From Bacteroidota bacterium (GTDB lineage Bacteria > Bacteroidota > Bacteroidia > Bacteroidales > F082): 53,904 bases of DNA. A program made the translations under genes and the position numbers. Location of the stretch: contig QMPA01000001.1 of the NCBI GenBank assembly GCA_003650365.1, positions 1 to 53,904 of the forward strand. Direction: 5' to 3'. Position 1 is the first letter of the stretch; each line of letters begins with the position of its first letter. Below the pieces are notes generated by a model, which made no database searches, had not been told where the DNA came from, and saw nothing but the letters and a program-made list of their open reading frames with translations. This document shows, piece after piece, positions 10,836-20,376 of this stretch.

Positions 10836-11683
10836 TGCAACCAATAATCGTTATCGGAATGCACCGCTCAGGTAGTTCATTACTTGTTAAAGTATTGCAG
10901 CAACTGGGTGTTTTTATGGGGAATGATTTTGAAGAAAACAACGAATCCAAGTTTTTTAATAAAATCAACAACTGGATGCTTATACAGGCTGGTGCAAGTT
11001 GGGATTGCCCTGAGAACTTTAATTATATTTCAGATGATTTCAAAGCTTTAATGATTGACATTATTCGAAACAGGCTAGAAAGTAATCACATGAAAAAATA
11101 CTTGGGAAATTCAAATCACTCGATAAACGATTTGGATTTTACCTGGGGCTGGAAAGACCCGAGAAATACTTTTACCATTGATATTTGGAAAGAAATTTTT
11201 CCAGAAGCAAAGCTAATCCACATTTACCGTAACCCGGTAGATGTAATCAACAGTCTTATTACAAGGGAAAGCACCAAAATTCCCATTCAGGGAAACCCTA
11301 CAAAAACAGGATTAAAAAAGAAATATTTTGCCTATAAACTCCCAAAGGAAAGACTTTTTTATCATTCATTTAAGTCGTTGAATTGGCAGGCTGCCTTTAA
11401 TTTGTGGAAAGAATATGAGGAAAAAGCAGAGCAGTTGGGAAAAGAATTCGAAATGCTAAATTTGTCTTATGAAAGCTTAATTGAAAAAGCGCTTGAATCG
11501 GTTACTATTATTTCTGATTTCTGTAAGGTGAAGTTGGAGCACAAAAACCAGGAAAGCTTAATCAAAAGCTTTGACCAATCCAGAAAATTTGCATTTGTAA
11601 AGGAAAAAAAATTGCTGGAATTTTATGAAAAAATAAAACACGATAAGGTGGTAGCTAAATTGGGTTATGGAAATATAATTTAG
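10835..11683 (+). CDS. Sulfotransferase (PAPS-dependent, Sulfotransfer_1/3-like)
   Basis: 5'-PSB loop IVIGMHRSGSSLL and 3'-PB-type motif IHIYRNPVDVINS. Start overlaps the upstream stop (TAATG). Confidence 0.8.
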   Translation: MQPIIVIGMHRSGSSLLVKVLQQLGVFMGNDFEENNESKFFNKINNWMLIQAGASWDCPENFNYISDDFKALMIDIIRNRLESNHMKKYLGNSNHSINDLDFTWGWKDPRNTFTIDIWKEIFPEAKLIHIYRNPVDVINSLITRESTKIPIQGNPTKTGLKKKYFAYKLPKERLFYHSFKSLNWQAAFNLWKEYEEKAEQLGKEFEMLNLSYESLIEKALESVTIISDFCKVKLEHKNQESLIKSFDQSRKFAFVKEKKLLEFYEKIKHDKVVAKLGYGNII

Positions 11684-11684
11684 C

Positions 11685-12593
11685 ATGAACCAAAACAAAG
11701 TTTACATAATCACTATCAATTTCGGAACACCTGGGCATACTATTGAATGCCTTGAAAGTATTTGTGTAAACAATCATAAACTTTTTCAAGTTGTAGTTGT
11801 AGATGTTTCAAATATTAATCAGTCGGTTAAAAAGATTACCCGGTGGATTGATGAAAAGAATGATAGCAGATTTGCATTCATTCAGGAAAAGGAGAACAGG
11901 GGTTTTGCTTATGCCAACAATATTGGAATCAGGTATTCTCTTGAGCAGCCTGATTGCGATTTCATCTGGGTTTTAAACAATGATACCGTTATTGCTCAAA
12001 ATACACTTGAAGAATTGTTGAATTGTTACGAACAGGATAAAAACAAGGATAAAGCCGGTTTTTATGGTTCAAAAATTCTGGATTATAAAGACAAGGAATT
12101 GATTCAGAATGTAGGGGGCACGTTTAACAAATGGATCGGCTATTCTGTTTTGCTTGGAATGGGGGAAAAGGATATTGGACAATTTGACAAGAAAGAGATA
12201 AAGCTAGATTATGTTATTGGTGCTTCTATGTTTTGTCATTCTTCTCTGCTTCAAAAAATTGGTTTATTGTCTGACGATTATTTCCTCTATTATGAAGATA
12301 TCGACTGGTGTGTAACCGCTCAAAAGGCAGGGTTTCAAAACCGGACTTGTACAAGAAGTAGGGTTTTTCACAAGCAGGGGATTTCAACAGGGGCCAAACT
12401 TTTGGAGAATGACGTGGGTCTGGAATATAAAAAATACCTGTATTCGAGTTATAAGAAATTGTACAAAAGACATTTCCGGATGCTAATGCCGGTTGCTTAT
12501 TTTATTTTGTTCAAGCAATTGGCAGGAAAAATAATTCATGGAAGTTTTGCTGAGGCAAAACTAATTTTAAAAGTTCTATTTACAAGCAGGTAA
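11685..12593 (+). CDS. Family 2 glycosyltransferase (rhamnosyltransferase-like subgroup)
   Basis: YIITINFGTPGHT.., NRGFAYANNIGI, WVLNNDT, YYEDIDWC. A decayed copy of its central part lies at 30882-31102. Confidence 0.8.
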   Translation: MNQNKVYIITINFGTPGHTIECLESICVNNHKLFQVVVVDVSNINQSVKKITRWIDEKNDSRFAFIQEKENRGFAYANNIGIRYSLEQPDCDFIWVLNNDTVIAQNTLEELLNCYEQDKNKDKAGFYGSKILDYKDKELIQNVGGTFNKWIGYSVLLGMGEKDIGQFDKKEIKLDYVIGASMFCHSSLLQKIGLLSDDYFLYYEDIDWCVTAQKAGFQNRTCTRSRVFHKQGISTGAKLLENDVGLEYKKYLYSSYKKLYKRHFRMLMPVAYFILFKQLAGKIIHGSFAEAKLILKVLFTSR

Positions 12594-12597
12594 AAAA

Positions 12598-13449
12598 ATG
12601 AAGGATTACCCGTTAATATCAGTTCTTGTCCCGGCTTATAACCATGAAAGCTATGTTGAATTTACTTTAAATAGTGTCCTTAAAGACGATTATCCTAACA
12701 AAGAACTTATTATTATTAATGACGGATCTACGGATGAAACCGTTACTGTTATTGAAAAATGGATACAAGGTCATCGGGACAAATTAAACATAACATTTAA
12801 AAGCAGAGACAATAAAGGTGTTACTAAAACCCTGAACGATCTTATCGATTTAAGTAATGGCGAATTCATTCTTTTCATCCATAGCGATGACTATTTACTG
12901 GCTGATGGAATCTCAAAACGATATGAATATCTTCAAAACCATCCAGAAAAATTGGCTGTTTTTTCCGATTGCGTTGTCGTTAATAAAGAGGGTGTAAAAA
13001 TTTACAATAGTGGGCTTTCTGACCTCTATTTTGCTGATAAGAGCAAATACAGCAATCCACAAAGATTAAAAAAAGAGATTATCACCAACTGGTCCGTACC
13101 TGGCGGAACCATCATGGTGAAAAAGGAAGCCTACAAACAATTTAAGTATAACGAAGATTTCATCATTGAAGACCTTGATTACTATCTCTACTTTGCTTCA
13201 AAAAAACTAATTGGATTTTTAGATGAAAAGGTAAGTGCCTACAGGGTTCATGGAGAAAATACCTGTATGAAAGATGAGAACTGGATCAGGGTGCAGAAAG
13301 ATATTATCAATTCGTATAAACGAAATTTAAAGTATTATGGTTTCCGCTACAAATTGTGGATGGTTTTAAAAATCATTTTGAATTATAAGCCCTTAGTGAA
13401 TCATTCTATTACTAGTTGGTTTCGGAATCTGGTTAAATCCAATTATTGA
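12598..13449 (+). CDS. Family 2 glycosyltransferase
   Basis: ISVLVPAYNHESYVEFTLNSVL..LIIINDGSTDET followed by HSDD. Confidence 0.85.
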   Translation: MKDYPLISVLVPAYNHESYVEFTLNSVLKDDYPNKELIIINDGSTDETVTVIEKWIQGHRDKLNITFKSRDNKGVTKTLNDLIDLSNGEFILFIHSDDYLLADGISKRYEYLQNHPEKLAVFSDCVVVNKEGVKIYNSGLSDLYFADKSKYSNPQRLKKEIITNWSVPGGTIMVKKEAYKQFKYNEDFIIEDLDYYLYFASKKLIGFLDEKVSAYRVHGENTCMKDENWIRVQKDIINSYKRNLKYYGFRYKLWMVLKIILNYKPLVNHSITSWFRNLVKSNY

Positions 13450-13553
13450 ACACTTCAAAATGGAAAAAATCTTTCTGTTGAAGAAATGAAAGTCCCGATG
13501 GAGATTGGTGGCGACTTCTTAAAGGAATTAGGATACATTTAGTAAACGCGATA

Positions 13554-15314
13554 ATGAAATTCTGTTTTGTATTTATTTGCCAAAAAGGCGAATTGGAACT
13601 AAAAGCTATGCTATTGGCAGCTTCCCTAAAGGAAAACTTGAGGGGGAATTATGAATTAGTAGCTGCTATTCCTGAACCAAAATCAATTTGGGGGGAAATC
13701 TCCCCTTTAACCAAAAAGCTGATAAGTCAATTTGGAATAAGAACCGTTGGCATTAAAAATGAGATAGATATTAATTATCCCATAGGAAATAAACTGGCTT
13801 GCTTTAATATTCAAACAGATGCTGATAAAATCGTTTTTCTTGATAGTGATATTCTTTGCCTGAAACCATTTTATCCGGAAGAACACTTTACAGCGCAGTT
13901 TTGTGCCACACCTATTAACAGGCACTGGTTTAATGAATGGAAACAGGTTTATGAATTGTTTGATATCCCTTATCCAACAGAGCGTTTTCGAACAAAATTG
14001 ACCAACGAAGAAATATTACCATGTTATAATGCCGGATTAATTGTGGTTGATAATGGTCTGGATTTTTCAAATGAGTGGATTGAGTGCTGCAAGATTATTG
14101 ATGGAGCAGAACATATTGTAGATAAAAGACCCTGGCTCGATCAAATTGCCCTACCGATAGCTGTTAATTTATTGAATCTTAAAACAAAGGTTTTAGACAA
14201 GCGTTTTAATTATCCTCATGCATGCCCTATTGTAGCGGAAACGCCATTTTTTCATCATTTCCCCGGTCTTACATACATTCTTAATGAAGAAATAGTTCAT
14301 AATTTCATCCTAGCTCTTACAAAGAAACATCCTTTGTTAAAAGAGAATTGCAAGTTATTGCCTGGATTGAAACCATTATTTATTAATAAAACCAGAAAGC
14401 AACTTATTAAGCCGATAAGGAAAGCAAAGAGAAAACTTTATAATGGTCTGGCACATATCAGGAAAAGTGCTCACTGGCGGTTTTACAAATTGCAAAGTAA
14501 TAATAAACATCAAAACGCAATCATCACCGGAATTCCAAGAAGTGGAACCAGTTATATGTGCAAATTGCTTGATTCGGTTGAAAATACGGTTGTAATAAAT
14601 GAGCCAGAAGATGTCAGGTGGATAATTTCAGATAGCCGGAAATTATGGCGGCTGGAAGCATTCTACAATAATATCCGAAACAGGATAAACAACAATCGGG
14701 CAATAAAAAATAAAACCCACAGGGGAAAAATTATTGAAGACACATCGAAAATGGATAACAGTTCCTATTCGATTCCAATCGTTAACAATCCTGAATTTAC
14801 ACTTATAACGAAAAACACACTGGCATATCTCGCTGTTTTGCCACAGATAATTAAGAAGTATCCCCAAATGCCCATAATCGCCTGTATCAGAAATCCGATA
14901 GATACAATCTCGTCATGGAAAAGAAGCTTTCCTCATTTACGTTATGCCAGCTTTAAAGATTTCCCATCAGATATCAATCGGAATTACGTAATGGAAGTAA
15001 GTCAATTACAGGAAATAAAGGATATAGAATCGGAAAAGGATTTTGAGATTAAAAGAGCCTTACTTTGGAATTATCTTGCGGGAATATTGGAACGCAACAA
15101 AGAAAATATCGTATTGATTAAATACGAAGATTTTGTTCAAAACCCCAATTTAGAAATTGCAAAAGTTACCAAAAAGTTTCCTGAGTTTGAATTTGAAAAT
15201 GATTTTCTAAAATCAAAAGTCCGTACTGATAGAAAAGTACTCCATGCTGATGAAATTGATAAAATCAAAGTAATTTGCACAAATATGGCAGCAAAATTTG
15301 GCTATGAAATTTAA
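13554..15314 (+). CDS. Two-domain protein: GT8-like nucleotide-sugar transferase domain fused to a sulfotransferase domain
   Basis: The N-terminal half has KIVFLDSDILCLKPF (DxD) and YNAGLIVV. The C-terminal half, from about aa 320, has the PAPS loop AIITGIPRSGTSYMCKLL and ACIRNPIDTISSW. Confidence 0.7.
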   Translation: MKFCFVFICQKGELELKAMLLAASLKENLRGNYELVAAIPEPKSIWGEISPLTKKLISQFGIRTVGIKNEIDINYPIGNKLACFNIQTDADKIVFLDSDILCLKPFYPEEHFTAQFCATPINRHWFNEWKQVYELFDIPYPTERFRTKLTNEEILPCYNAGLIVVDNGLDFSNEWIECCKIIDGAEHIVDKRPWLDQIALPIAVNLLNLKTKVLDKRFNYPHACPIVAETPFFHHFPGLTYILNEEIVHNFILALTKKHPLLKENCKLLPGLKPLFINKTRKQLIKPIRKAKRKLYNGLAHIRKSAHWRFYKLQSNNKHQNAIITGIPRSGTSYMCKLLDSVENTVVINEPEDVRWIISDSRKLWRLEAFYNNIRNRINNNRAIKNKTHRGKIIEDTSKMDNSSYSIPIVNNPEFTLITKNTLAYLAVLPQIIKKYPQMPIIACIRNPIDTISSWKRSFPHLRYASFKDFPSDINRNYVMEVSQLQEIKDIESEKDFEIKRALLWNYLAGILERNKENIVLIKYEDFVQNPNLEIAKVTKKFPEFEFENDFLKSKVRTDRKVLHADEIDKIKVICTNMAAKFGYEI

Positions 15315-15441
15315 TAGAAATAGATCATTACTAATAATTCAAATGCATATAATACTTCAAGTTTACTAGAAAAAACATAATTTTATCTTAAAGAAAGAAT
15401 CCGGTAAAAAACAACTTCGCAAATATTTTGCCGGCAAATTC

Positions 15442-17118
15442 ATGAAACTATTTATCGCCATATTTCTTACCGTAATAGCACTTGTATTTTTTGAAACAGC
15501 TAAGCCCAGCAACATTGATAGCCTGAAAAGCAGTCTTCACTCATCAGTTCCCACACAGGATTCCCTCCTAGTTTTAGTTATACTCACAGAACACTACCAA
15601 TCAATATCCATTGACTCAGCCTTTTATTACGGGAAAATTGCCATCAAACAAGCCGTAAAACTAAATGATACTGCTTCATTGGCCGATGTTTATAATTCTC
15701 TTGGCGCCGCCTGCTATTATGCTGCTTTTTACGAAAAAGCATTGGAGTACTATCAAAAATCAAAGGAACTATTATTATCATTAAATAACAAAACCAGCTT
15801 GGCAAAAATTTATAACAACCAGGGGATTATTTACGAAATCTCAGGGAAAAATGATATTGCCCTGGAGCATTATTATAAATCGTTGGGTATTTGGAACCAA
15901 ATAAATAAAAAATTATCGGATAAGCCCGAGACTAATAAAATTATTGCAATCCTATACAACAACATTGGAATTGCAAATTATAAGTTAGGCGAAACCGAAA
16001 AAGCCCTCGAGTATTATAATAAATCCTTGGCCATAAGCCGTAGTTTTAAGGAGAAAACCAGCATGTCGCTTTCCTTGCATAATATCGGCATTGTTCATTT
16101 GTATTCTGATAATTATGACACAGCACTGGAGTTTTTAAATCAATCTCTTGAAATATCATATAAAACCAATGACAAACAAGGGGTTGCAACTTCGCTCAAC
16201 GAGATTGGTGATGTATATTTGAAATTAGAGGATTATACAAAGGCAGAAAATTGTTTTAGCGAAAGCCTGCAAATAGCTCAAAATATCCAGGCAAACGAAT
16301 TAATTATGTATGCTTATCATGGTTTGTATATGTTAAATAGTGAAGCCGGGAATACTAAATTTGCCTTAAAATATTTAAGTTTATATCATCAATTAAATGA
16401 TAGTATTTATAGCCAGGAAAGCAAGAACAAAATTGCTGGGCTACAAAATAAATATGAATTTGAAAAGAAAGAACAAGAAATTAAACTGTTAGAGGCTGAA
16501 CAGGAAATTAATGATATCCGCTTGAGAAATAGCCGTTCCTGGTTGTATATTTTAATTGGGGGGATTACGATCGCCGTAATTTTGTTGATTGTAATTTATA
16601 ATGAGATGGTGCAAAAAACAAGGGCGAACAAAGAGTTGGTAAAGAGGAACCTGGAAATTGTGAAATCGGAAAATTATAGTAGAACTGGAGATATACAAGA
16701 ACAGGCCATGGAAGTAAAACCTCCCCGAAAAATACCTTTCGATAAATATGCAGAATCTACACTATCCAAAAGTCAGAAAAATGAACTGAAAAGCCTGATA
16801 GAGTTCAATATGGAAAATGAAAAACACTTTTTGAAAAGTGATTTTACTATTGAAACTCTTTCAAAGGATATTAATACGGCCAGGTGCTATGTTTCACAGG
16901 TCATCAATGAGAAATTTAATATGCACTTCAATTCTTTTATCAACGAATACCGTATTAAGGAGGCACGTCGTCTGTTGGCCGATCCCAATAAAAGACATCT
17001 TACAATTGAAACCATAGCCCGGGAAGTTGGTTTTGGCTCAAAGTCCACATTTAATGCGGCTTTTAAAAAATACACCGGGATAACCCCATCTTTTTTTTAT
17101 CGGTCTCTTCAAAACTGA
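15442..17118 (+). CDS. Hybrid regulator: signal/TM + TPR repeats + TM helix + AraC-type HTH domain
   Basis: About 7 TPR-like repeats (YNSLGAACYYAAFYEKALEYYQKS, YNNIGIANYKLGETEKALEYYNKS, and others). One TM helix, WLYILIGGITIAVILLIVIY. C-terminal HTH_18-type region IKEARRLLADP..TIETIAREVGFGSKSTFNAAFKKYTGITPSFF. Confidence 0.85.
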   Translation: MKLFIAIFLTVIALVFFETAKPSNIDSLKSSLHSSVPTQDSLLVLVILTEHYQSISIDSAFYYGKIAIKQAVKLNDTASLADVYNSLGAACYYAAFYEKALEYYQKSKELLLSLNNKTSLAKIYNNQGIIYEISGKNDIALEHYYKSLGIWNQINKKLSDKPETNKIIAILYNNIGIANYKLGETEKALEYYNKSLAISRSFKEKTSMSLSLHNIGIVHLYSDNYDTALEFLNQSLEISYKTNDKQGVATSLNEIGDVYLKLEDYTKAENCFSESLQIAQNIQANELIMYAYHGLYMLNSEAGNTKFALKYLSLYHQLNDSIYSQESKNKIAGLQNKYEFEKKEQEIKLLEAEQEINDIRLRNSRSWLYILIGGITIAVILLIVIYNEMVQKTRANKELVKRNLEIVKSENYSRTGDIQEQAMEVKPPRKIPFDKYAESTLSKSQKNELKSLIEFNMENEKHFLKSDFTIETLSKDINTARCYVSQVINEKFNMHFNSFINEYRIKEARRLLADPNKRHLTIETIAREVGFGSKSTFNAAFKKYTGITPSFFYRSLQN

Positions 17119-17120
17119 TA

Positions 17121-17150
17121 TTGTACGGATATACCTATTCCTACGTCTTC
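17121..17150 (+). promoter_or_regulatory. Conserved intergenic motif, copy 1 (TTGTACGGATATACCTAT core)
   Basis: An 18-nt core identical to 18851-18868, and 25 of 30 positions shared overall. Begins 3 nt after the AraC-type regulator stop and lies ~200 nt upstream of the sulfotransferase gene at 17327. Confidence 0.45.
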
Positions 17151-17326
17151 CCCTTTATTTTTCTTTCTGTCTTTCCCTATTATGGTTATTCTTGCAAATC
17201 TTAAATAGTTGAAGCACTGTTGCGCTAATTGCTAAATAAATGTAGGGTCGTTCTCGACAAATCACATCATTAATGGATGTAATTCGCAGTTTGAAAATGA
17301 AGTTTTTATAATAAAAAAAGTAAAAC

Positions 17327-17926
17327 ATGAGCTTGCTTACTAATCTACATAATCAATTTTCATGGTTAAAACGGCAACAGAAGTTTGTGTTTATTCATAT
17401 CAATAAAACTGGAGGTGTGAGCATTGGGAAAGCCCTTGGTATTGGGAAGAAAATGCATTTCACAGCACTGGAAGAGAAAAGCCGCTTAGGTAATTACAGT
17501 TGGAGTAAAATGTTCAAATTTTCAATTGTAAGAAACCCGTGGGACAAAGTTGTATCACATTATTTTTTTAGGATAAAAACCAATCAAACCGGACTGGGCA
17601 ATAACCCAATTAATTTTAAAGAATGGGTAAAGCTTACTTATGGCGAACAAAACCCTGAATACTTTGATTGCCCAAAATATTTTATGCCCCAGTTAAATTG
17701 GCTTACCGATGAGAAAGGAGAGATTATGGTCGATTTTGTTGGAAGGTTCGAAAATCTTGATAATGACTTTCAGCATATTTGTAAAAGAATAGGTAGAAAT
17801 GTTGATTTGCCTTTTTTGAACAAATCTGAGCGCAGGGAATATCAATATTATTATGATGATACCACAAAGGAAATTGTAAGAAAATGGTTTGAAAAAGATA
17901 TTATCCATTTTAATTATTCATTTTAG
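17327..17926 (+). CDS. Sulfotransferase family 2 (carbohydrate sulfotransferase-like)
   Basis: FVFIHINKTGGVSIGKAL (5'-PSB) and FSIVRNPWDKVVSHYFF (3'-PB). These are the two hallmark motifs of the Sulfotransfer_2 family. Confidence 0.85.
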   Translation: MSLLTNLHNQFSWLKRQQKFVFIHINKTGGVSIGKALGIGKKMHFTALEEKSRLGNYSWSKMFKFSIVRNPWDKVVSHYFFRIKTNQTGLGNNPINFKEWVKLTYGEQNPEYFDCPKYFMPQLNWLTDEKGEIMVDFVGRFENLDNDFQHICKRIGRNVDLPFLNKSERREYQYYYDDTTKEIVRKWFEKDIIHFNYSF

Positions 17927-17930
17927 AAAC

Positions 17931-18731
17931 ATGATAAGGTATTTTGATTCTGATCCCATTTTAGTAGGGGGAGTTGGTGGGAGCGGAACCCGCATAGTTG
18001 CCGAAATCCTGAGACAATCCGGAATATTTATGGGTGATATTTTAAATGAATCAAGTGACAATATGCAGATTGCTAAAGAATTCCCTAATATGCGTGATGT
18101 TATTCAAAACAGAGGCCCCGCTTTTCAAAAACTTATAAGAAATTTGAAAAATCGAATCCGTTGGAATTCCAATGACGAACAGCAAATAATAGAACAAACT
18201 TTAATTCGTTTCGAAAATCAAATGTTCAGCAATTATCAGAAAAGGAAAGAAAAATGCATGGGTTGGGGATGGAAAATACCGGGTAATTTTTTCATTCTCG
18301 AATACTTGGCAGACCATTATAAAAACCTGAAATACATACATACAATCAGAAATGGATTTGATATGGCTTTCAGTAAAAACCAGAATCAACTAAAAAACTG
18401 GGGGACATATTATGGGGTTGATAAAAATGAATATCCAACTCAAAAAGCTGCTCTGAATTATTGGTATGCAGCCAACAAAAAGGCAATTGCCCAAGGCAGG
18501 CAACTGCTTAACAGTAATTTCCTCTTGATTAAGTTCGAGGAGCTTTGTCATAATCCCGGCAAAACAATTACCAGGATAATAAATTTTATTGATCATGAAA
18601 AATGCGATATTAACAAGCTAAAACAATTGGTGAAAATTCCGGATACGATTGACAGGTATAAAAATAAAGACCTGACAATTTTTAATGAAAATGATTTTAA
18701 TAAGGTAACGGAGTTTGGGTACAAAGTTTAA
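17931..18731 (+). CDS. Sulfotransferase
   Basis: ILVGGVGGSGTRIVAEIL P-loop-like PAPS motif and YIHTIRNGFDMAFS. The ORF-track start at 17889 is a TTG inside the upstream gene. The ATG at 17931 lies 5 nt after the upstream stop. Confidence 0.7.
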   Translation: MIRYFDSDPILVGGVGGSGTRIVAEILRQSGIFMGDILNESSDNMQIAKEFPNMRDVIQNRGPAFQKLIRNLKNRIRWNSNDEQQIIEQTLIRFENQMFSNYQKRKEKCMGWGWKIPGNFFILEYLADHYKNLKYIHTIRNGFDMAFSKNQNQLKNWGTYYGVDKNEYPTQKAALNYWYAANKKAIAQGRQLLNSNFLLIKFEELCHNPGKTITRIINFIDHEKCDINKLKQLVKIPDTIDRYKNKDLTIFNENDFNKVTEFGYKV

Positions 18732-18850
18732 AATATTTTAAAAGTGGACAGCGTAATATTGTTTGTCCTCCAATCGTTTATTGATAAATGGCATAGGTTA
18801 TTATACTTCGATCAGCGATGAAAGAAACAAATTGACAACAGTTGTAATTT

Positions 18851-18880
18851 TTGTACGGATATACCTATCCGCACGCATTC
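18851..18880 (+). promoter_or_regulatory. Conserved intergenic motif, copy 2
   Basis: TTGTACGGATATACCTATCCGCACGCATTC, ~70 nt upstream of the ATG at 18948. See copy 1. Confidence 0.45.
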
Positions 18881-18947
18881 CTGCACCAAATAATTCTTTT
18901 CAAAACTCTTTATGGTACTTTCGTGATTTATAACTTAAAATAAAACC

Positions 18948-20321
18948 ATGAAAAACACATTCCTTACTTTTATTATCCTGCTTATCTTGAGTACAAGTAT
19001 GAACGCACAATGGTACGAACTGGTAACACCAACAATAAACTTTGATATTAAATCTTCAAGTTTTATCGACCTGGAAATTAACCTTGACGGGGAACCCTAT
19101 TTGCTGTACGATTGTGAAGTACCCAACGGCAACGATATTGACTATAAATTGTTTGTTCAGAAATATGATGAGATTAATGATGGGTGGAGTTTAGTTGGTA
19201 GCAATAACGTAAATGAACTGAATGCTTTTCAAAACAATATGGCAATTGACTCAGAGGGCACTGTTTACGTTGCATTTCTTAAAGTAGGAGCGGGAATTTC
19301 CACTTGTACTGTTAAAGAATTTGATGGGACAGAATGGGTGACTATCGGAGAATGGGATGTTGGCGTATTAACGGAAGTTACTATGTATTGCAACAACCAG
19401 GACGATCTTTATGTATCCCATTCCGATAGTGATTATCCCGGTCAGGTTGTTAAAAGATACCTTGGTACGGTCAATAACTGGGAAATATTGGGGGATGCTC
19501 CTTTCCTCACTGAGAGCCAATGCCTCGGACCTGCAATTACAACTGATAACGATGGAAATATACTGGTTTCTTACGGTACACCTGGTGGGCTTAGTGTAAA
19601 AAAATTTAATGGTTCTACCTGGGAATATGTTGGATCCGGTACAATAGGCGATGAACCTCTTTATCCCACTTCAATAACAACAGGCAGCGATGATGTAATT
19701 TATACAACCACAACCGATTTCTGGTCATCGGCAAGCACCGTACATCGTTATCAAAACAATGCATGGCAAAACCAACTTATATGTTATGGCGGCGGTTACA
19801 TGCCTTTTGCAAAGTACAACAATGAGGTTTATATGGGACATTATGTTGCTGATAATGGTTTAAGGCCGAGAGTAAAAAAAGTGGACAATTCCGGTAACTG
19901 GATCAACCTTCCTGAACAGCCCGGCGAATATTTTACATCCCCTTCCATTCCCACTACATATTTTGATATTGAAACAGACAATCATGGAAATCTTTACATG
20001 GCTTTGTTGAAAGGGGATAACTTTAACCACCATGTTTCGGTAATTAAGTTGGATATTGTAACGGGGATTAAAGCACCACAAAAAGAGGTTTTTACAATTT
20101 ATCCAAATCCAACAACCGGAATTATAAAACTGACAGGTCCAGATAGTTATTGGGATGAAAACCTATTCGGAATAGAAATCACCGACATCACAGGTATAAC
20201 AATTTGCACATGGAGGCATGTTCCCTCACAAATAGATTTATCAGGTTTAAAAAAAGGGATTTACTTTGTGAGGGTAAACACTTCAGAAAACAGCTATATC
20301 GAAAAATTAATTATTCGATAG
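18948..20321 (+). CDS. Secreted protein with T9SS type-A C-terminal sorting domain
   Basis: Signal peptide MKNTFLTFIILLILSTSMNAQ. C-terminal FTIYPNPTTGIIKL...GIYFVRVNTSENSYIEKLIIR is a typical Por/T9SS CTD. Paralog of 27182-28564. Confidence 0.8.
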   Translation: MKNTFLTFIILLILSTSMNAQWYELVTPTINFDIKSSSFIDLEINLDGEPYLLYDCEVPNGNDIDYKLFVQKYDEINDGWSLVGSNNVNELNAFQNNMAIDSEGTVYVAFLKVGAGISTCTVKEFDGTEWVTIGEWDVGVLTEVTMYCNNQDDLYVSHSDSDYPGQVVKRYLGTVNNWEILGDAPFLTESQCLGPAITTDNDGNILVSYGTPGGLSVKKFNGSTWEYVGSGTIGDEPLYPTSITTGSDDVIYTTTTDFWSSASTVHRYQNNAWQNQLICYGGGYMPFAKYNNEVYMGHYVADNGLRPRVKKVDNSGNWINLPEQPGEYFTSPSIPTTYFDIETDNHGNLYMALLKGDNFNHHVSVIKLDIVTGIKAPQKEVFTIYPNPTTGIIKLTGPDSYWDENLFGIEITDITGITICTWRHVPSQIDLSGLKKGIYFVRVNTSENSYIEKLIIR

Positions 20322-20331
20322 GTAATTTTCA

Positions 20332-20364
20332 AGTCAGGGCTTGACTTCAAGCCAAACCCTGACT
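20332..20364 (+). other. Intergenic hairpin (8-bp stem AGTCAGGG/CCCTGACT, 17-nt loop)
   Basis: Perfect inverted repeat between the stop at 20321 and the ATG at 20377. No T-run follows it, so it is not a classical terminator. Confidence 0.35.
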
Positions 20365-20376
20365 ACTAAAGAATTT

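Noticed and set aside
13450-13553. Short ORFs (MEKIFLLKK; MKVPMEIGGDFLKELGYI) as a gene remnant or leader peptide
   Set aside because: They are too short, and no paralogous sequence in the window aligns to them.
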